Shown: positions 17,960 through 27,591, counted from the first letter of the stretch. The stretch is DNA of 55,345 nucleotides from Arenicellales bacterium (GCA_964194565.1 CAXMMZ010000129.1:1-55345), one strand, 5' to 3'. The notes: generated by a model not told the origin, from the letters alone. Translations and numbers: made by a program.

Positions 17960-20479
17960 TTATTCCTCGCGCAATGCGAGCGCGGGCTGGACGCCGGCTC
18001 CGCGTAGCGCCGGATACACTGCCGCCAACAACGCCACCGCAATTGCGAGCAGCACCGTTTGCGCGATCACTTCTGGGGCGATACTCATTTCGATACTCCA
18101 TCCGAAGGAACGGCGGTTGATGACTCGGACCAGTACCCACGCCAGCAGCATACCTATCGGTATCGAGAGCACCGCCGCAACCGCTCCCATGATGCCGGTT
18201 TCGATGGCGATTAGGCGAAACAATTGAGCCGGAGTCATTCCCACCACCCGTAACAATGCGAATTCTTTACTGCGTTCGAGCTGGATCGACATCAATGCCG
18301 CCAGTATACCCACCGCCGCTACGATCAACGCGAGCGCGCGCAATACATTAGTGACGGAGAAGGTGCGATCGAATACGCGTAACGACGCGTCGCGCAGCTG
18401 TTGCGCGGAGCGAACACGCAATGACTTCGGCACTGATGGCCAGCCGCGGATCGTATCGATAACCGAGTCTGCCGCAACGCCAGGACTCAAGTACAAAGTG
18501 ACGGAAGTCAACGCCGGGTCCTGCCAATGTTCGAGGTAGGTTTGCCGGTGCATCGCCACCACACCGCCGTCCGCCGCATAATCGAAATACACACCGACCA
18601 CGGTAAAGTCCCGCTCGCCCCGGCCGGTACGCAACGCGATGCTATCGCCGGCACCAATTCGATGGCGATAGGCGTAGGGTTCCGAAACAATCACAGAATC
18701 TGTACGCTGAAATTCCGGCCAAACCGCACTACTATCGCGCCCGGTGAACTCGAAACGAGCAAACTCGGTGCGGCCGATGTCGATCGCGAATAACTCAACC
18801 CGCGCGCCTTCCGATTCGATCGACGCCCAACGTCCTAGCGCCGCGGACGTGACGCCGGGCAACGCGGTTAACTGTTGTACCAAGTCCGGATCGAGTCGAC
18901 GGCTGGGACCACCGGACGCCGCAACGTACACATCCGCTAGCAAGCGCGCCGTTAACCAATCGTTCACACTATCGCGAAAACTCGCGATCATCACACCGAC
19001 TCCGATGGCGGCGGCGCTGGCCACGGTCAATGCCGCAACCGCCATACCGGTGCGGCTCAACGCGGCCACCAGACCACGTACCGCCAATCGACCCGGCAGA
19101 CCGAACAATGCACCGATCCCGTACCGTGCCAAGTCAAGCAACCACACCATGAGCTGCGGCGTCATCACCGCGTAACCGATCACTAGAAAAAACAACCCGG
19201 CGAATCCCATCACTAAGCTGCGTGGTGCAATGCTTAGCAACACTCCCCCTACTGCCATAAGTACCAACCCCAATTTCACTGCAATTCGTGATCCCCGATG
19301 GGTCTGACGCTCGATAACGGATCTGCGCAGCGCGCTCGCAGGTGCAGTGCGGGTCGCCTCCCAAGCTGGGATACACGCCACCACAATCGTTGCAAGGATT
19401 CCGGCCCCGGCGGCCTTGGCGACAGTCAGCAATGGTACCGGCAATTCGGCGACATCGATGCTGAAGTACAGATCACTGATCGTGCGACTGATGAGCTCCA
19501 CTAGACCATTCGCCAACGCGATACCAGCAACGATGCCGAAGCCGGTGGCGATGATCCCAATCAATCCGGCTTCGGTAATGATTGTGGTAAATATCTGCAC
19601 GCGGCTGACCCCTAGCGTACACAGCACGCCAAGCTGCACTCGACGTCGAATCACGGAAAACGTGACAGCGTTATAAATCAGAAACAACCCGATCAACAGC
19701 GCCAACAAACTTAATGCTGTAAGGTTGATTTCGAACGCCCGGGTCATTTCACGCTGGGCATTTCCGGCGGACGCCGCGGTGACGATCTCCACCGCAGACG
19801 GCAATGCGGCACGAATCTCATCCAGTGCGCTCGCATCGGCTGCGATGACGTCGATGTAGGAAATACGGTTTTCCATTCCCAATAGAATTTGCGCAGTGGC
19901 AATATCCACCACCAACAATGACGCCACAATCGTACGTTGGATGTCATCATTGGGCTGCAATATTCCGACAACAGTAAGGTTGGCGCGCGTATCTCCTGCT
20001 GCAATCGGTAACGTATCGCCGACCCCAATACCGAAACGGGACGCCGTGTTTGGCGCAATAAGTACGGCGTTGCGAGTCGCCAGCAATGACGTCGAAACGG
20101 ATTCCGCGGGACCGGTTTGAGTGAATGTACGAAATGCACGTTCCGCGAACACATCAATACCGAGCAATCGAAAATGCGCGTCGCCGGCTCGTTGCGACTC
20201 CACCTCCCCAATGACCACCGGCGCGATATTGCGGATACCGGCTTCAACCCGAAGCCGCGTATATAGATTTTCATCCACACCGTTCGGGCCGGCGACAAGC
20301 CGGTGCGTCGTGCGGCCATTTATAATTTCATTAGCCGCTAAAAAACTTCGCTGCGCCGCCGTATTGGCGATGTCGACGGCAACGATTACTGCCACCCCCA
20401 GCGCCACACCGAGTATCGACAACGCTGCGAGCCATCGCTGCCGTAGCACATATCGAACGCTGGAACGAAATAGCAGCAC
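17960..20479 (-). CDS. FtsX/MacB-type fused ABC permease (AttF/AttG-like)
   Basis: Two MacB-like periplasmic + FtsX repeats; INRRSFGW motif; start reassigned to GTG 20479 because the upstream 37 codons are almost entirely MITE-derived. Confidence 0.88.
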   Translation of the reverse strand: MLLFRSSVRYVLRQRWLAALSILGVALGVAVIVAVDIANTAAQRSFLAANEIINGRTTHRLVAGPNGVDENLYTRLRVEAGIRNIAPVVIGEVESQRAGDAHFRLLGIDVFAERAFRTFTQTGPAESVSTSLLATRNAVLIAPNTASRFGIGVGDTLPIAAGDTRANLTVVGILQPNDDIQRTIVASLLVVDIATAQILLGMENRISYIDVIAADASALDEIRAALPSAVEIVTAASAGNAQREMTRAFEINLTALSLLALLIGLFLIYNAVTFSVIRRRVQLGVLCTLGVSRVQIFTTIITEAGLIGIIATGFGIVAGIALANGLVELISRTISDLYFSIDVAELPVPLLTVAKAAGAGILATIVVACIPAWEATRTAPASALRRSVIERQTHRGSRIAVKLGLVLMAVGGVLLSIAPRSLVMGFAGLFFLVIGYAVMTPQLMVWLLDLARYGIGALFGLPGRLAVRGLVAALSRTGMAVAALTVASAAAIGVGVMIASFRDSVNDWLTARLLADVYVAASGGPSRRLDPDLVQQLTALPGVTSAALGRWASIESEGARVELFAIDIGRTEFARFEFTGRDSSAVWPEFQRTDSVIVSEPYAYRHRIGAGDSIALRTGRGERDFTVVGVYFDYAADGGVVAMHRQTYLEHWQDPALTSVTLYLSPGVAADSVIDTIRGWPSVPKSLRVRSAQQLRDASLRVFDRTFSVTNVLRALALIVAAVGILAALMSIQLERSKEFALLRVVGMTPAQLFRLIAIETGIMGAVAAVLSIPIGMLLAWVLVRVINRRSFGWSIEMSIAPEVIAQTVLLAIAVALLAAVYPALRGAGVQPALALREE

Positions 20480-20484
20480 GATGC

Positions 20485-20689
20485 TTAGCCCGGATACTTC
20501 ACGAAGAGTTCGGATTGCAGGGGAAATCAGGCGAAGGGCGGTTAGAGGCGAAGCCGAAAACCACCGATCGGTGGCGTTCGAACATGACAAACTGCGCGCA
20601 GCCCCCGTACCTTAAAACACAGGGCAATCGGATCAAATATTGAGAAGATTTATGGTCCATGGCACGCCTTCGTGAAATATCGCGGTTAG
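20485..20689 (+). mobile_element. MITE family A, internally deleted copy (205 bp)
   Basis: TTAGCCCGGATACTTCACGAAG ... GCCTTCGTGAAATATCGCGGTTAG; shares GACAAACTG/CCCCGTACC/TCAAATATTGAGAAGATT blocks with 1523-1775; TTAG repeated at both ends. Confidence 0.82.
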
Positions 20690-20690
20690 C

Positions 20691-21386
20691 TTAGCGCGAC
20701 ACCAAACGGCATTGATCGATGGTGTACACGCTATCGGCACAAGCTATCGCTTCGTCACTGTGGGTTGCGATAAGCAATGCTGTCCGGTACTCGCGGGTCA
20801 GGGATGACATCAGCGCCAGTACGTTTTGTGCAGTCTCTGTATCGAGATTACCGGTGGGCTCGTCGGCTATGACCAACGCCGGACGGTGGATCAGCGCACG
20901 CGCAATCGCCACGCGTTGTTGTTCGCCACCAGACAAGATATCGGGATAGCTGCCGGCACGGTCCGCTAACCCGATTCGTTGCAACAATACGGCGATTCGG
21001 CGATCGCTGCTCGCGCTGTCGACGCCATTAAGCTGTAGCGGTAGGCGCAGGTTTTCATCCACAGTCAGGGTCGTAATTAGATTGAAAAACTGAAATACGA
21101 AACCAATATGACGGCGCCGGAAGCGCGTTCGTTGCGCCTCGGACATCGTGACTAACGGTTCGCCGTCGATACATATTCGGCCCGAGTCAGGCACATCGAT
21201 GCCGGCCAATAGGTTCAGCAACGTCGATTTGCCCGATCCGCTGCGGCCCACCACGGCGATAATCTCGCCGCGCCCAAACACGAGTTCCGCATCTTTAAAG
21301 ATGCGGCGTTCACGTTCGCCCTCGCGATAGGCTTTGTTAAGCCCGTGGATGCGAACCAATTCGTGGCGGCCCGACGCGCTACCCAT
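20691..21386 (-). CDS. ABC transporter ATP-binding protein (LolD/MacB-like, AttE-like)
   Basis: GRSGSGKS, GFVFQFFNL, LSGGEQQRVAIARA, ADEPTGNLD. Confidence 0.93.
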   Translation of the reverse strand: MGSASGRHELVRIHGLNKAYREGERERRIFKDAELVFGRGEIIAVVGRSGSGKSTLLNLLAGIDVPDSGRICIDGEPLVTMSEAQRTRFRRRHIGFVFQFFNLITTLTVDENLRLPLQLNGVDSASSDRRIAVLLQRIGLADRAGSYPDILSGGEQQRVAIARALIHRPALVIADEPTGNLDTETAQNVLALMSSLTREYRTALLIATHSDEAIACADSVYTIDQCRLVSR

Positions 21387-21439
21387 ATCGATGTAGAGAG
21401 TATGGCCGGCGCCGGAAAATGTCCAAGACCCGAGCTGGT

Positions 21440-21690
21440 CTAGCCCGGATAATTCATGAAGGGTTCGGACGGAAGGCGGATCAGGGCTAAGTAGTCGGTG
21501 CGATCGTCGGCCGACGCATAGCGGTAGCTATGCATCAATGAGGATCGTGGCGAATACGACGCCCGATTTTTCCTGAATCCGAACAGGACAGACTGTCCGG
21601 CCGCCCCGTACCCGAAAACATAGGGTAACGGCTTCAAATTATGAGAATATGCTTGACCCATCGTCCGCCTTCGTGAAATATCCGGGCTAG
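21440..21690 (+). mobile_element. MITE family A, full-length copy 2 (251 bp)
   Basis: CTAGCCCGGATAATTCATGAAGG ... CCTTCGTGAAATATCCGGGCTAG; apex hairpin GCATAGCGGTAGCTATGC (21516-33); terminal CTAG contains the sfsA stop codon. Confidence 0.88.
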
Positions 21691-22406
21691 CCCGGGTGGT
21701 AAACCGCGCTCCCGCCAAAATCGATGCCGTCGGCCGTGTGTCGTAGTCGCACTGCCATAACCTCAACCCCCTGCACCGAGACAAACTCCAGGCGTTCAGC
21801 GTAACGCGGATCGACCTCGGCCGCCGGTTCGAAATAATCACCCTCCGGGCGATTGATCGCGAACACCAATACGGCTCGGTACTTTTGTTTCACCATGTGC
21901 AGTAACAATTCCAAGTGCTTGCGTCCGCGCTCGGTTACGGCGTCCGGAAACTGTACCGCGCAGCCGCGCAGAAGTGTCGTGTTTTTCACCTCTACGAACG
22001 CATCGATGCGATTCCCCTGGGTCAACGCCAAGTCAAACCGCGACGGTGCGAACCCCGGCGCATTAATCCTAGGTTCCCGCTTAAGCTGCCGATAGCCTTG
22101 AAGGGTTGGAATCCGCTGTGCCTGTACAGCCGCGGCAATGAATTCGTTGGCACGACCGGTGTGCACACCGACCCAACCGTGCCCCATGTCGACCCGTTCG
22201 AGCGTCCATGGCAGTTTGCGTTTGGGATTGTCACTGTGGCTCAGTTCGACGCGCTTTCCCGGCGCCCAACAACTTGCCATCGATCCGGTATTGGGACAGT
22301 GTGCTACCACTACACGGCCGTCCGCCAACTCTACGTCGGCGAGAAATCGTTTGTAGCGGCGCACGATCGTGCCGGCCGTGAGCTCACCGAGGGAGATAAG
22401 ACTCAT
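21687..22406 (-). CDS. sfsA: DNA/RNA nuclease SfsA
   Basis: RYKRFLADV, HCPNTGSM, SRFD, EVKN, FPDAVT.RG.KHL. Confidence 0.95.
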   Translation of the reverse strand: MSLISLGELTAGTIVRRYKRFLADVELADGRVVVAHCPNTGSMASCWAPGKRVELSHSDNPKRKLPWTLERVDMGHGWVGVHTGRANEFIAAAVQAQRIPTLQGYRQLKREPRINAPGFAPSRFDLALTQGNRIDAFVEVKNTTLLRGCAVQFPDAVTERGRKHLELLLHMVKQKYRAVLVFAINRPEGDYFEPAAEVDPRYAERLEFVSVQGVEVMAVRLRHTADGIDFGGSAVYHPG

Positions 22407-22410
22407 TAGG

Positions 22411-23217
22411 TCAGACGATGAGGCGGCGGCGTATCAACACTACCGCGATGTAATAACAGAGCGCTGCGTAGGCGCAAAGCACCGCGATGTGCAGGACCAC
22501 CTGCGTGACTGGTTGCCCCGATATGAGGGGCCGAATTAGCGCGATGGCGTGGGTCAGGGGCAAAATCTGCACCACCGTTTGCAGCATGGCCGGCAGCGTC
22601 GCGATAGGATAAAAAACCCCGCTAAAGATAAACATCGGCGTCACCACGAGCGTGAAGTAATAGCTAAAAAATTCATAGGAGGGTGACAGCGCGCTCATGA
22701 CCAGGGCCGGGCCGGCAAAACACAAACCCACCAACCACAATACCGGCACCGCCCATAACGCGGTCCATTCGGTAACGGCACCCAGCAACACACTTACGAT
22801 CAGAATCGATGAGCTGCTGATCAGAGCCTTGCTGGCAGACCACAACATCTCTCCGGCCGCGATGTCGTCCACATCGAGCGGAGTCGCCAACATTGCATCG
22901 TAGGTTCGTTGTGGAACCATGCGTGTGTATACCGAGTACATGGCCTCGAAGGATGCGGTATTCATCGCCGACGAAGCCACCAGTCCCGATGCAAGGAAAG
23001 TCAGGTACGGCATGCCTGCTATATCGCCGATAAAATATCCGAGTCCGTAGCCGAGTCCCAGCAGGTACACGAAAGGCTCGCCGAAGTTGATCAAGATGCT
23101 CGCTCCCATGAGCTTGCGCCATACCAACACATTGCGCCGCCACACCGCGAACGCGCCGCGGCGGATACGGGGCAACCGCCAGTCTGTGGTCTTGGAGTAC
23201 GACAGCGATGTGCTCAT
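22411..23217 (-). CDS. nodJ: ABC-2 permease, NodJ-like
   Basis: VWRRN..VW.K, EP..YL.GLG.G, TP......GVF.P, PL.HA..L.RP. Confidence 0.85.
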   Translation of the reverse strand: MSTSLSYSKTTDWRLPRIRRGAFAVWRRNVLVWRKLMGASILINFGEPFVYLLGLGYGLGYFIGDIAGMPYLTFLASGLVASSAMNTASFEAMYSVYTRMVPQRTYDAMLATPLDVDDIAAGEMLWSASKALISSSSILIVSVLLGAVTEWTALWAVPVLWLVGLCFAGPALVMSALSPSYEFFSYYFTLVVTPMFIFSGVFYPIATLPAMLQTVVQILPLTHAIALIRPLISGQPVTQVVLHIAVLCAYAALCYYIAVVLIRRRLIV

Positions 23218-24146
23218 TCGCGTAAATCCCGACCGGTCAACGTTAAGAACACATCCTCAAGATTAGCGTGCCGGTGTACATAACTGACGTCGGCCGCGGC
23301 CTCAAGCGTTCGCACAACACGCGCTGCGTCGCTCGTGTAGCAGTAGGTGGTATCACCCACCGCCTCCATGCGCAAGTCCTCGATAACAGACAACAGTGCG
23401 TTCACGCGCTGCGCGTCACCGTGTATTTCGAACACATCGTCCGGGATACAATCGCTGATGAGTTGCTGCGGCGTTTCCTCCGCAATAATGATACCTTGGT
23501 CCATAACCACCAACGTATCACACAAGCGCTCGGCTTCCTCCATATAGTGGGTCGTTAACAATAACGTCTTGCCGGCTTGTTTGAGCTCCCGTAGGCGATT
23601 CCAGATTCGATGCCGGACCTGTGGATCGAGACCGGTGGTGGGCTCGTCGAGAACCACGAGCGCGGGATCGTTGATTAGTGCCCGCGCTATGCTCAGGCGA
23701 CGCATCATGCCGCCGGAGAGCTTGCTGATACGAGTCGTTGCTCGTTCACGTAGTTCGACAAGATCCAAAAGTGCGTGGATGCGCGGCGCTAACTCCGATT
23801 TGGTGAGTCCAAAATAGTTTCCGTAAATCTGCAGGTTTTCCTCGACCGTAAAATCCGGATCGAGATTATCAGTTTGCGGCACGACCCCAATAGACGCCCG
23901 CACCGTGCGCGCCGCCTGGGGCATATCCAGTCCGAAAACCCGCAGGCGGCCAGCGCTCGGCGGCGATTGCCCGAGTATCATTTTGAGCGTTGTGGTCTTA
24001 CCGGCGCCGTTCGGCCCAACCAAACCGAAACACCCTCCATACGGTACTTTGAGATTCATCTCCTTAACGACCGCACGACCCGCGTACTCCTTGCTAAGTG
24101 CTACCGCGTCAACGACATAATCCGAAGGGTGTTTGGTGGTATTCAC
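23214..24146 (-). CDS. nodI: ABC ATPase, NodI-like
   Basis: GPNGAGKTT, GVVPQ.DNLDPDFTV, LSGGM.RRL, TTHYMEEAERLCD, LEDVFL.LTGRDLRE. Confidence 0.87.
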   Translation of the reverse strand: MNTTKHPSDYVVDAVALSKEYAGRAVVKEMNLKVPYGGCFGLVGPNGAGKTTTLKMILGQSPPSAGRLRVFGLDMPQAARTVRASIGVVPQTDNLDPDFTVEENLQIYGNYFGLTKSELAPRIHALLDLVELRERATTRISKLSGGMMRRLSIARALINDPALVVLDEPTTGLDPQVRHRIWNRLRELKQAGKTLLLTTHYMEEAERLCDTLVVMDQGIIIAEETPQQLISDCIPDDVFEIHGDAQRVNALLSVIEDLRMEAVGDTTYCYTSDAARVVRTLEAAADVSYVHRHANLEDVFLTLTGRDLRE

Positions 24147-24607
24147 GAGGTACCGGCCATTACAGCACGGATTACATCAATATTAGGTGCACAGCGGCGT
24201 CGGCTCATGACTAGTTCCACCGCGCTATCGAGTTCCCAATCACCACGCAACGCTAGCCGCGCCACTGCGGTTGTTGGCGCCCGACCGATACCGGCCGTAC
24301 AGTGCAAGTAAACCGTGTGTTCGCTTGCGAGCAATTCCTCGAGGGTATCCACCGCCGACACAAGCTTGCTGCGTAAATCGGCCGCGTTAAAGTCGATTAT
24401 GGGAACTCGTCTAAGCGTGACATTTCGGGTTCGGTAATGATCTTCAAGTCGTGACCAGTCGATTTTGTATTCGCCAAAATCCCGATCGGTTTGCAAATTG
24501 AGTACTGCTGAAACTCCGGCGCTATTACGAATTCGATCCACATCGACCGTACTGCGCGGACAGGTTCCCACAAACAACTGCGGAACAATTCGATCAAAAT
24601 TAATCAC
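24143..24607 (-). CDS. Dual-specificity phosphatase of the SEX4/LSF2/laforin (glucan phosphatase) type
   Basis: P-loop YLHCTAGIGRAP, D-loop IIDFN, N-terminal LFVGTCP and NLQTD; 4-bp overlap with nodI. Confidence 0.85.
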   Translation of the reverse strand: MINFDRIVPQLFVGTCPRSTVDVDRIRNSAGVSAVLNLQTDRDFGEYKIDWSRLEDHYRTRNVTLRRVPIIDFNAADLRSKLVSAVDTLEELLASEHTVYLHCTAGIGRAPTTAVARLALRGDWELDSAVELVMSRRRCAPNIDVIRAVMAGTS

Positions 24608-24634
24608 GCGCGCGGTGCGCCATTTAACACTGGA

Positions 24635-25933
24635 TCAGAACGTGGCCTTGGTGCCTGCATAGACTTTCGTCTCGCCGCCATCGAAACCATAGGCGAAATC
24701 GAGTCGCAAATCCGTCTTCACAAATGATCGCAGTTTCCAGCGCAAGCCGAAACCGGCTCCGACCTTCAGATCGGAAAGATTGAATTCATCAAAGTCACTA
24801 TAAGCGTCGCCAATGTCGACAAACCCCGCCCCACGCCACGCATAGTGGCCGTACAGGGGGGTAAGAAATTCGAGATTTGCCAATATGAACGAGTCGCCTT
24901 CGATATCCTCCCGTCTAAATCCCCGCAATGTAGTGCTGCCACCGATACTATATGCCGGATCACCGAAAATCGTGTCAGTCGCCAAGGCGGCCCGCAGTTG
25001 CAAATTGAGATTGGTGTGCGGCCGCTGCGTAATCCGCCAATAATGCCGATATCTTAGTGAGGGCCGCACAAAGCCGCCATCCGACCCGAAATCCTCGTCG
25101 GCGAATTCGAGCCAAGACCCGAATTCCCGCCCGGAATTGCTGAAACCATGGTCATGCACAGCTATGAATTCGACAAATCCCGCCCAAGTCAGTACCGTCG
25201 CATCGAAGAACAACCCTGGTGTGCCGCTGATAAACTCGTGGCGGAAATCGTTCCAGCGCGCCCAACCACCGAAGCGCCAGCCGCGACTTGGACCGCGCGG
25301 CGCTAACCAGCGCGAGACCGCGATGCGGACAGCGGATAAATCACGCTCGTATTGGCCACGCACACCGAACCGGTCTTCATTGAGTTCCGCGGTTTCGATG
25401 CCGGCATCGATGGACAATTCATAGGCGCTTCCGAACATGCGCGGATATTTGAACTCCACTTCAAAACTGTCTTCTGTTTCAACATCAGAACTTTGCAATT
25501 CCTTACGTTGGGCAACGACCTCCAACGATTGGTTGCGCCCGGTGAAATTATCAAATTCGATCTGACCGCCATACGTTATATCGCCGTCACCGCTACGACC
25601 CAATTTCGGTAACACGAACCAATATCGTTTTTCATTGACCGCAATGGTCACGATATTTTTATCGCGGACTCGGTGCCGAAACACCACCACGGACTTAAAT
25701 AATCCCAAATCCATGATTGCCTGCCGCGCGTTTTCGATATCGTGCCGTTCAATTTCATCACCGCTGCGAAACACGACTTCCTGTAGCAATATCTCCGGAC
25801 GCGTACGGCGGTTGCCCTCAAAACGAATCTCGTCGACAACAAATCGCACGTCCCCTTGCCGGTGCTGTGGCCTGGCCATGACCATGCCAGCCTGACACAA
25901 GCAAACAAAACACAAAAATATCGAGGCCTTCAC
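24635..25933 (-). CDS. Omp85/BamA-TamA family outer-membrane protein with one POTRA domain
   Basis: Signal peptide; I.FEGN.RT....L POTRA; LRGF loop; F.D.G; G.GFGLR; R.D.A.G; terminal Phe. Confidence 0.85.
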   Translation of the reverse strand: MKASIFLCFVCLCQAGMVMARPQHRQGDVRFVVDEIRFEGNRRTRPEILLQEVVFRSGDEIERHDIENARQAIMDLGLFKSVVVFRHRVRDKNIVTIAVNEKRYWFVLPKLGRSGDGDITYGGQIEFDNFTGRNQSLEVVAQRKELQSSDVETEDSFEVEFKYPRMFGSAYELSIDAGIETAELNEDRFGVRGQYERDLSAVRIAVSRWLAPRGPSRGWRFGGWARWNDFRHEFISGTPGLFFDATVLTWAGFVEFIAVHDHGFSNSGREFGSWLEFADEDFGSDGGFVRPSLRYRHYWRITQRPHTNLNLQLRAALATDTIFGDPAYSIGGSTTLRGFRREDIEGDSFILANLEFLTPLYGHYAWRGAGFVDIGDAYSDFDEFNLSDLKVGAGFGLRWKLRSFVKTDLRLDFAYGFDGGETKVYAGTKATF

Positions 25934-26297
25934 AACCCTATTTGCACGAGCTTGGATATGTCACGAAGGTGGATCATTGATCTTGCATCTTCTTAGTATT
26001 TGAACGATCCAAAACGTTTGTTGAGCACCTTGGTGTCGGCACACGCGGTCCATGTCGAATTCCGGACCAAGCGGATCCTAGTGCTCGGTGCGATCTCCGC
26101 GATCGATAGCAATGGCTATCAAACCCCGGACGATCGCACCGACGACTTGGTTGTTTTTCCCCGAGATCCAAACCCTTTATGATTTATGCAGGCGAGGCCC
26201 ACCACTTGCTGCGACATTCTATAGTGGCGCCCCCATCGTATGGAACCGGGGGAACACACTTATCCCGTGTACTCGATAGAGGTTAGGCGGCGTGAGG

Positions 26298-26921
26298 TTA
26301 TGGCAACAGATGAGCAATTTCAGGCCAAACGTTGTCGAGAATAGCGGCCTGCGCCTGGGCGGTCGGATGGATACCGTCGGCTTGCATCATTCCGGGCTCG
26401 CTGGCCACACCAGCCAATAGGAACGGCACATAACCAACCGCGAACTGTTGGGCAAGATCAGCATACATCGCAGCGAATGCCTGCACATATGCGGGCCCGT
26501 AGTTCGGTGGCATGCGCATACCCAGCAACAGCACGTCGATGTCCTGGCTCTTGGCCGTATGGATCATAGCTTCCAAATTGTCTTTAATTACGGGGACTGC
26601 CAGGCCCCGTAAGCCGTCGTTACCGCCGAGTTCAATAATCACTATGCTCGGGTTGTGGCGCTGTATTTCAGTCGGCAGCCGCAACCGGCCAATTGAGGTG
26701 GTGTCACCGGCTATACTGGCGTTCGTGACGCGGTGCCGGTAGCCTTGCTGTTGCAAGCGGCCCTGTAGCAACGCCACCCAGCCCTCGCTGGTATCGATTC
26801 CGTACGCGGAACTCAGGCTGTCGCCAACTACCAGGATTGAGGTCGGCGCGGCGAATGCTGGCCACGCGGCCAGTAAAATACCGGCAACCCAAAACCGTAA
26901 TCCATTCGAAATTGTACGCAT
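26298..26921 (-). CDS. tesA: Periplasmic arylesterase / acyl-CoA thioesterase I (SGNH/GDSL)
   Basis: GDSLS, ELGGNDGLRG, DGIHP; signal peptide; start ATG at 26921 shares CATG with the divergent ybbA start. Confidence 0.9.
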   Translation of the reverse strand: MRTISNGLRFWVAGILLAAWPAFAAPTSILVVGDSLSSAYGIDTSEGWVALLQGRLQQQGYRHRVTNASIAGDTTSIGRLRLPTEIQRHNPSIVIIELGGNDGLRGLAVPVIKDNLEAMIHTAKSQDIDVLLLGMRMPPNYGPAYVQAFAAMYADLAQQFAVGYVPFLLAGVASEPGMMQADGIHPTAQAQAAILDNVWPEIAHLLP

Positions 26922-27591
26922 GCTCGTAGCAACGAATCTAGTCAAACGTGTTATCAGCCCGGAGGGTAGTTTAACAATTCTCGATGGGATCTCTGTAACG
27001 GTCGGGCGCGGTGAATCGGTAGCTGTCGTAGGCGCGTCGGGATCGGGCAAATCCACCCTGCTAGCGTTACTGGCCGGATTAGACACCGCGAGCTCCGGAC
27101 GGGTGAGCCTCGACGGCGTTGAACTTACCGACCAAGATGAAGACGGGCGCGCGCAGCTGCGAGCCGGCCGGGTCGGTTTCGTATTTCAAAACTTTCAGTT
27201 GCTGGCGAGCTTGACCGCGATCGAAAACGTGATGTTGCCGTTGGAGTTGGGGTCATCATACAGCAGCGGCCGGACATTGGAGCGCGCGGCGGAGGCACTG
27301 GAGCGGGTCGAGCTTACCCAACGGCGGCGTCACTATCCCTCACAATTGTCCGGTGGTGAACAACAACGCGTCGCGATCGCACGCGCGTTTGTGACTGACC
27401 CCGTGATCCTGTTTGCCGACGAACCCACCGGTAACCTCGATACCGCAACCGGGAAACGAGTCATGGATTTGCTGTTCGATTTAAATCGCGAAAAAAATAC
27501 CACGTTGTTATTGGTGACCCACGATAGCGATCTCGCAGCGCGCTGTGATCGCCGTCTGGAATTAGTAGCGGGAAGGTTGTGCGACTCCTAA
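26920..27591 (+). CDS. ybbA: ABC ATP-binding protein YbbA
   Basis: GASGSGKS, LSGGEQQRVA, ADEPTGNLD; divergent from tesA. Confidence 0.88.
   Translation: MLVATNLVKRVISPEGSLTILDGISVTVGRGESVAVVGASGSGKSTLLALLAGLDTASSGRVSLDGVELTDQDEDGRAQLRAGRVGFVFQNFQLLASLTAIENVMLPLELGSSYSSGRTLERAAEALERVELTQRRRHYPSQLSGGEQQRVAIARAFVTDPVILFADEPTGNLDTATGKRVMDLLFDLNREKNTTLLLVTHDSDLAARCDRRLELVAGRLCDS

Noticed and set aside
21440-21841. 133-aa ORF (and 1618-1818) as a transposase or new gene
   Set aside because: Read-through of MITE sequence in another frame of sfsA; no DDE or HUH motifs; the frame is not kept open in copy 1
22411-24146. Nodulation capability implied by nodIJ
   Set aside because: No nodABC in the window; NodIJ-like transporters are widespread in non-nodulating bacteria
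25934-26297. Small ORFs or an ncRNA between the Omp85 gene and tesA
   Set aside because: No motif, RBS or structure I could support
26919-26922. Overlapping divergent starts of tesA and ybbA as a novelty
   Set aside because: Head-to-head overlap of tesA and ybbA is already known in E. coli and relatives
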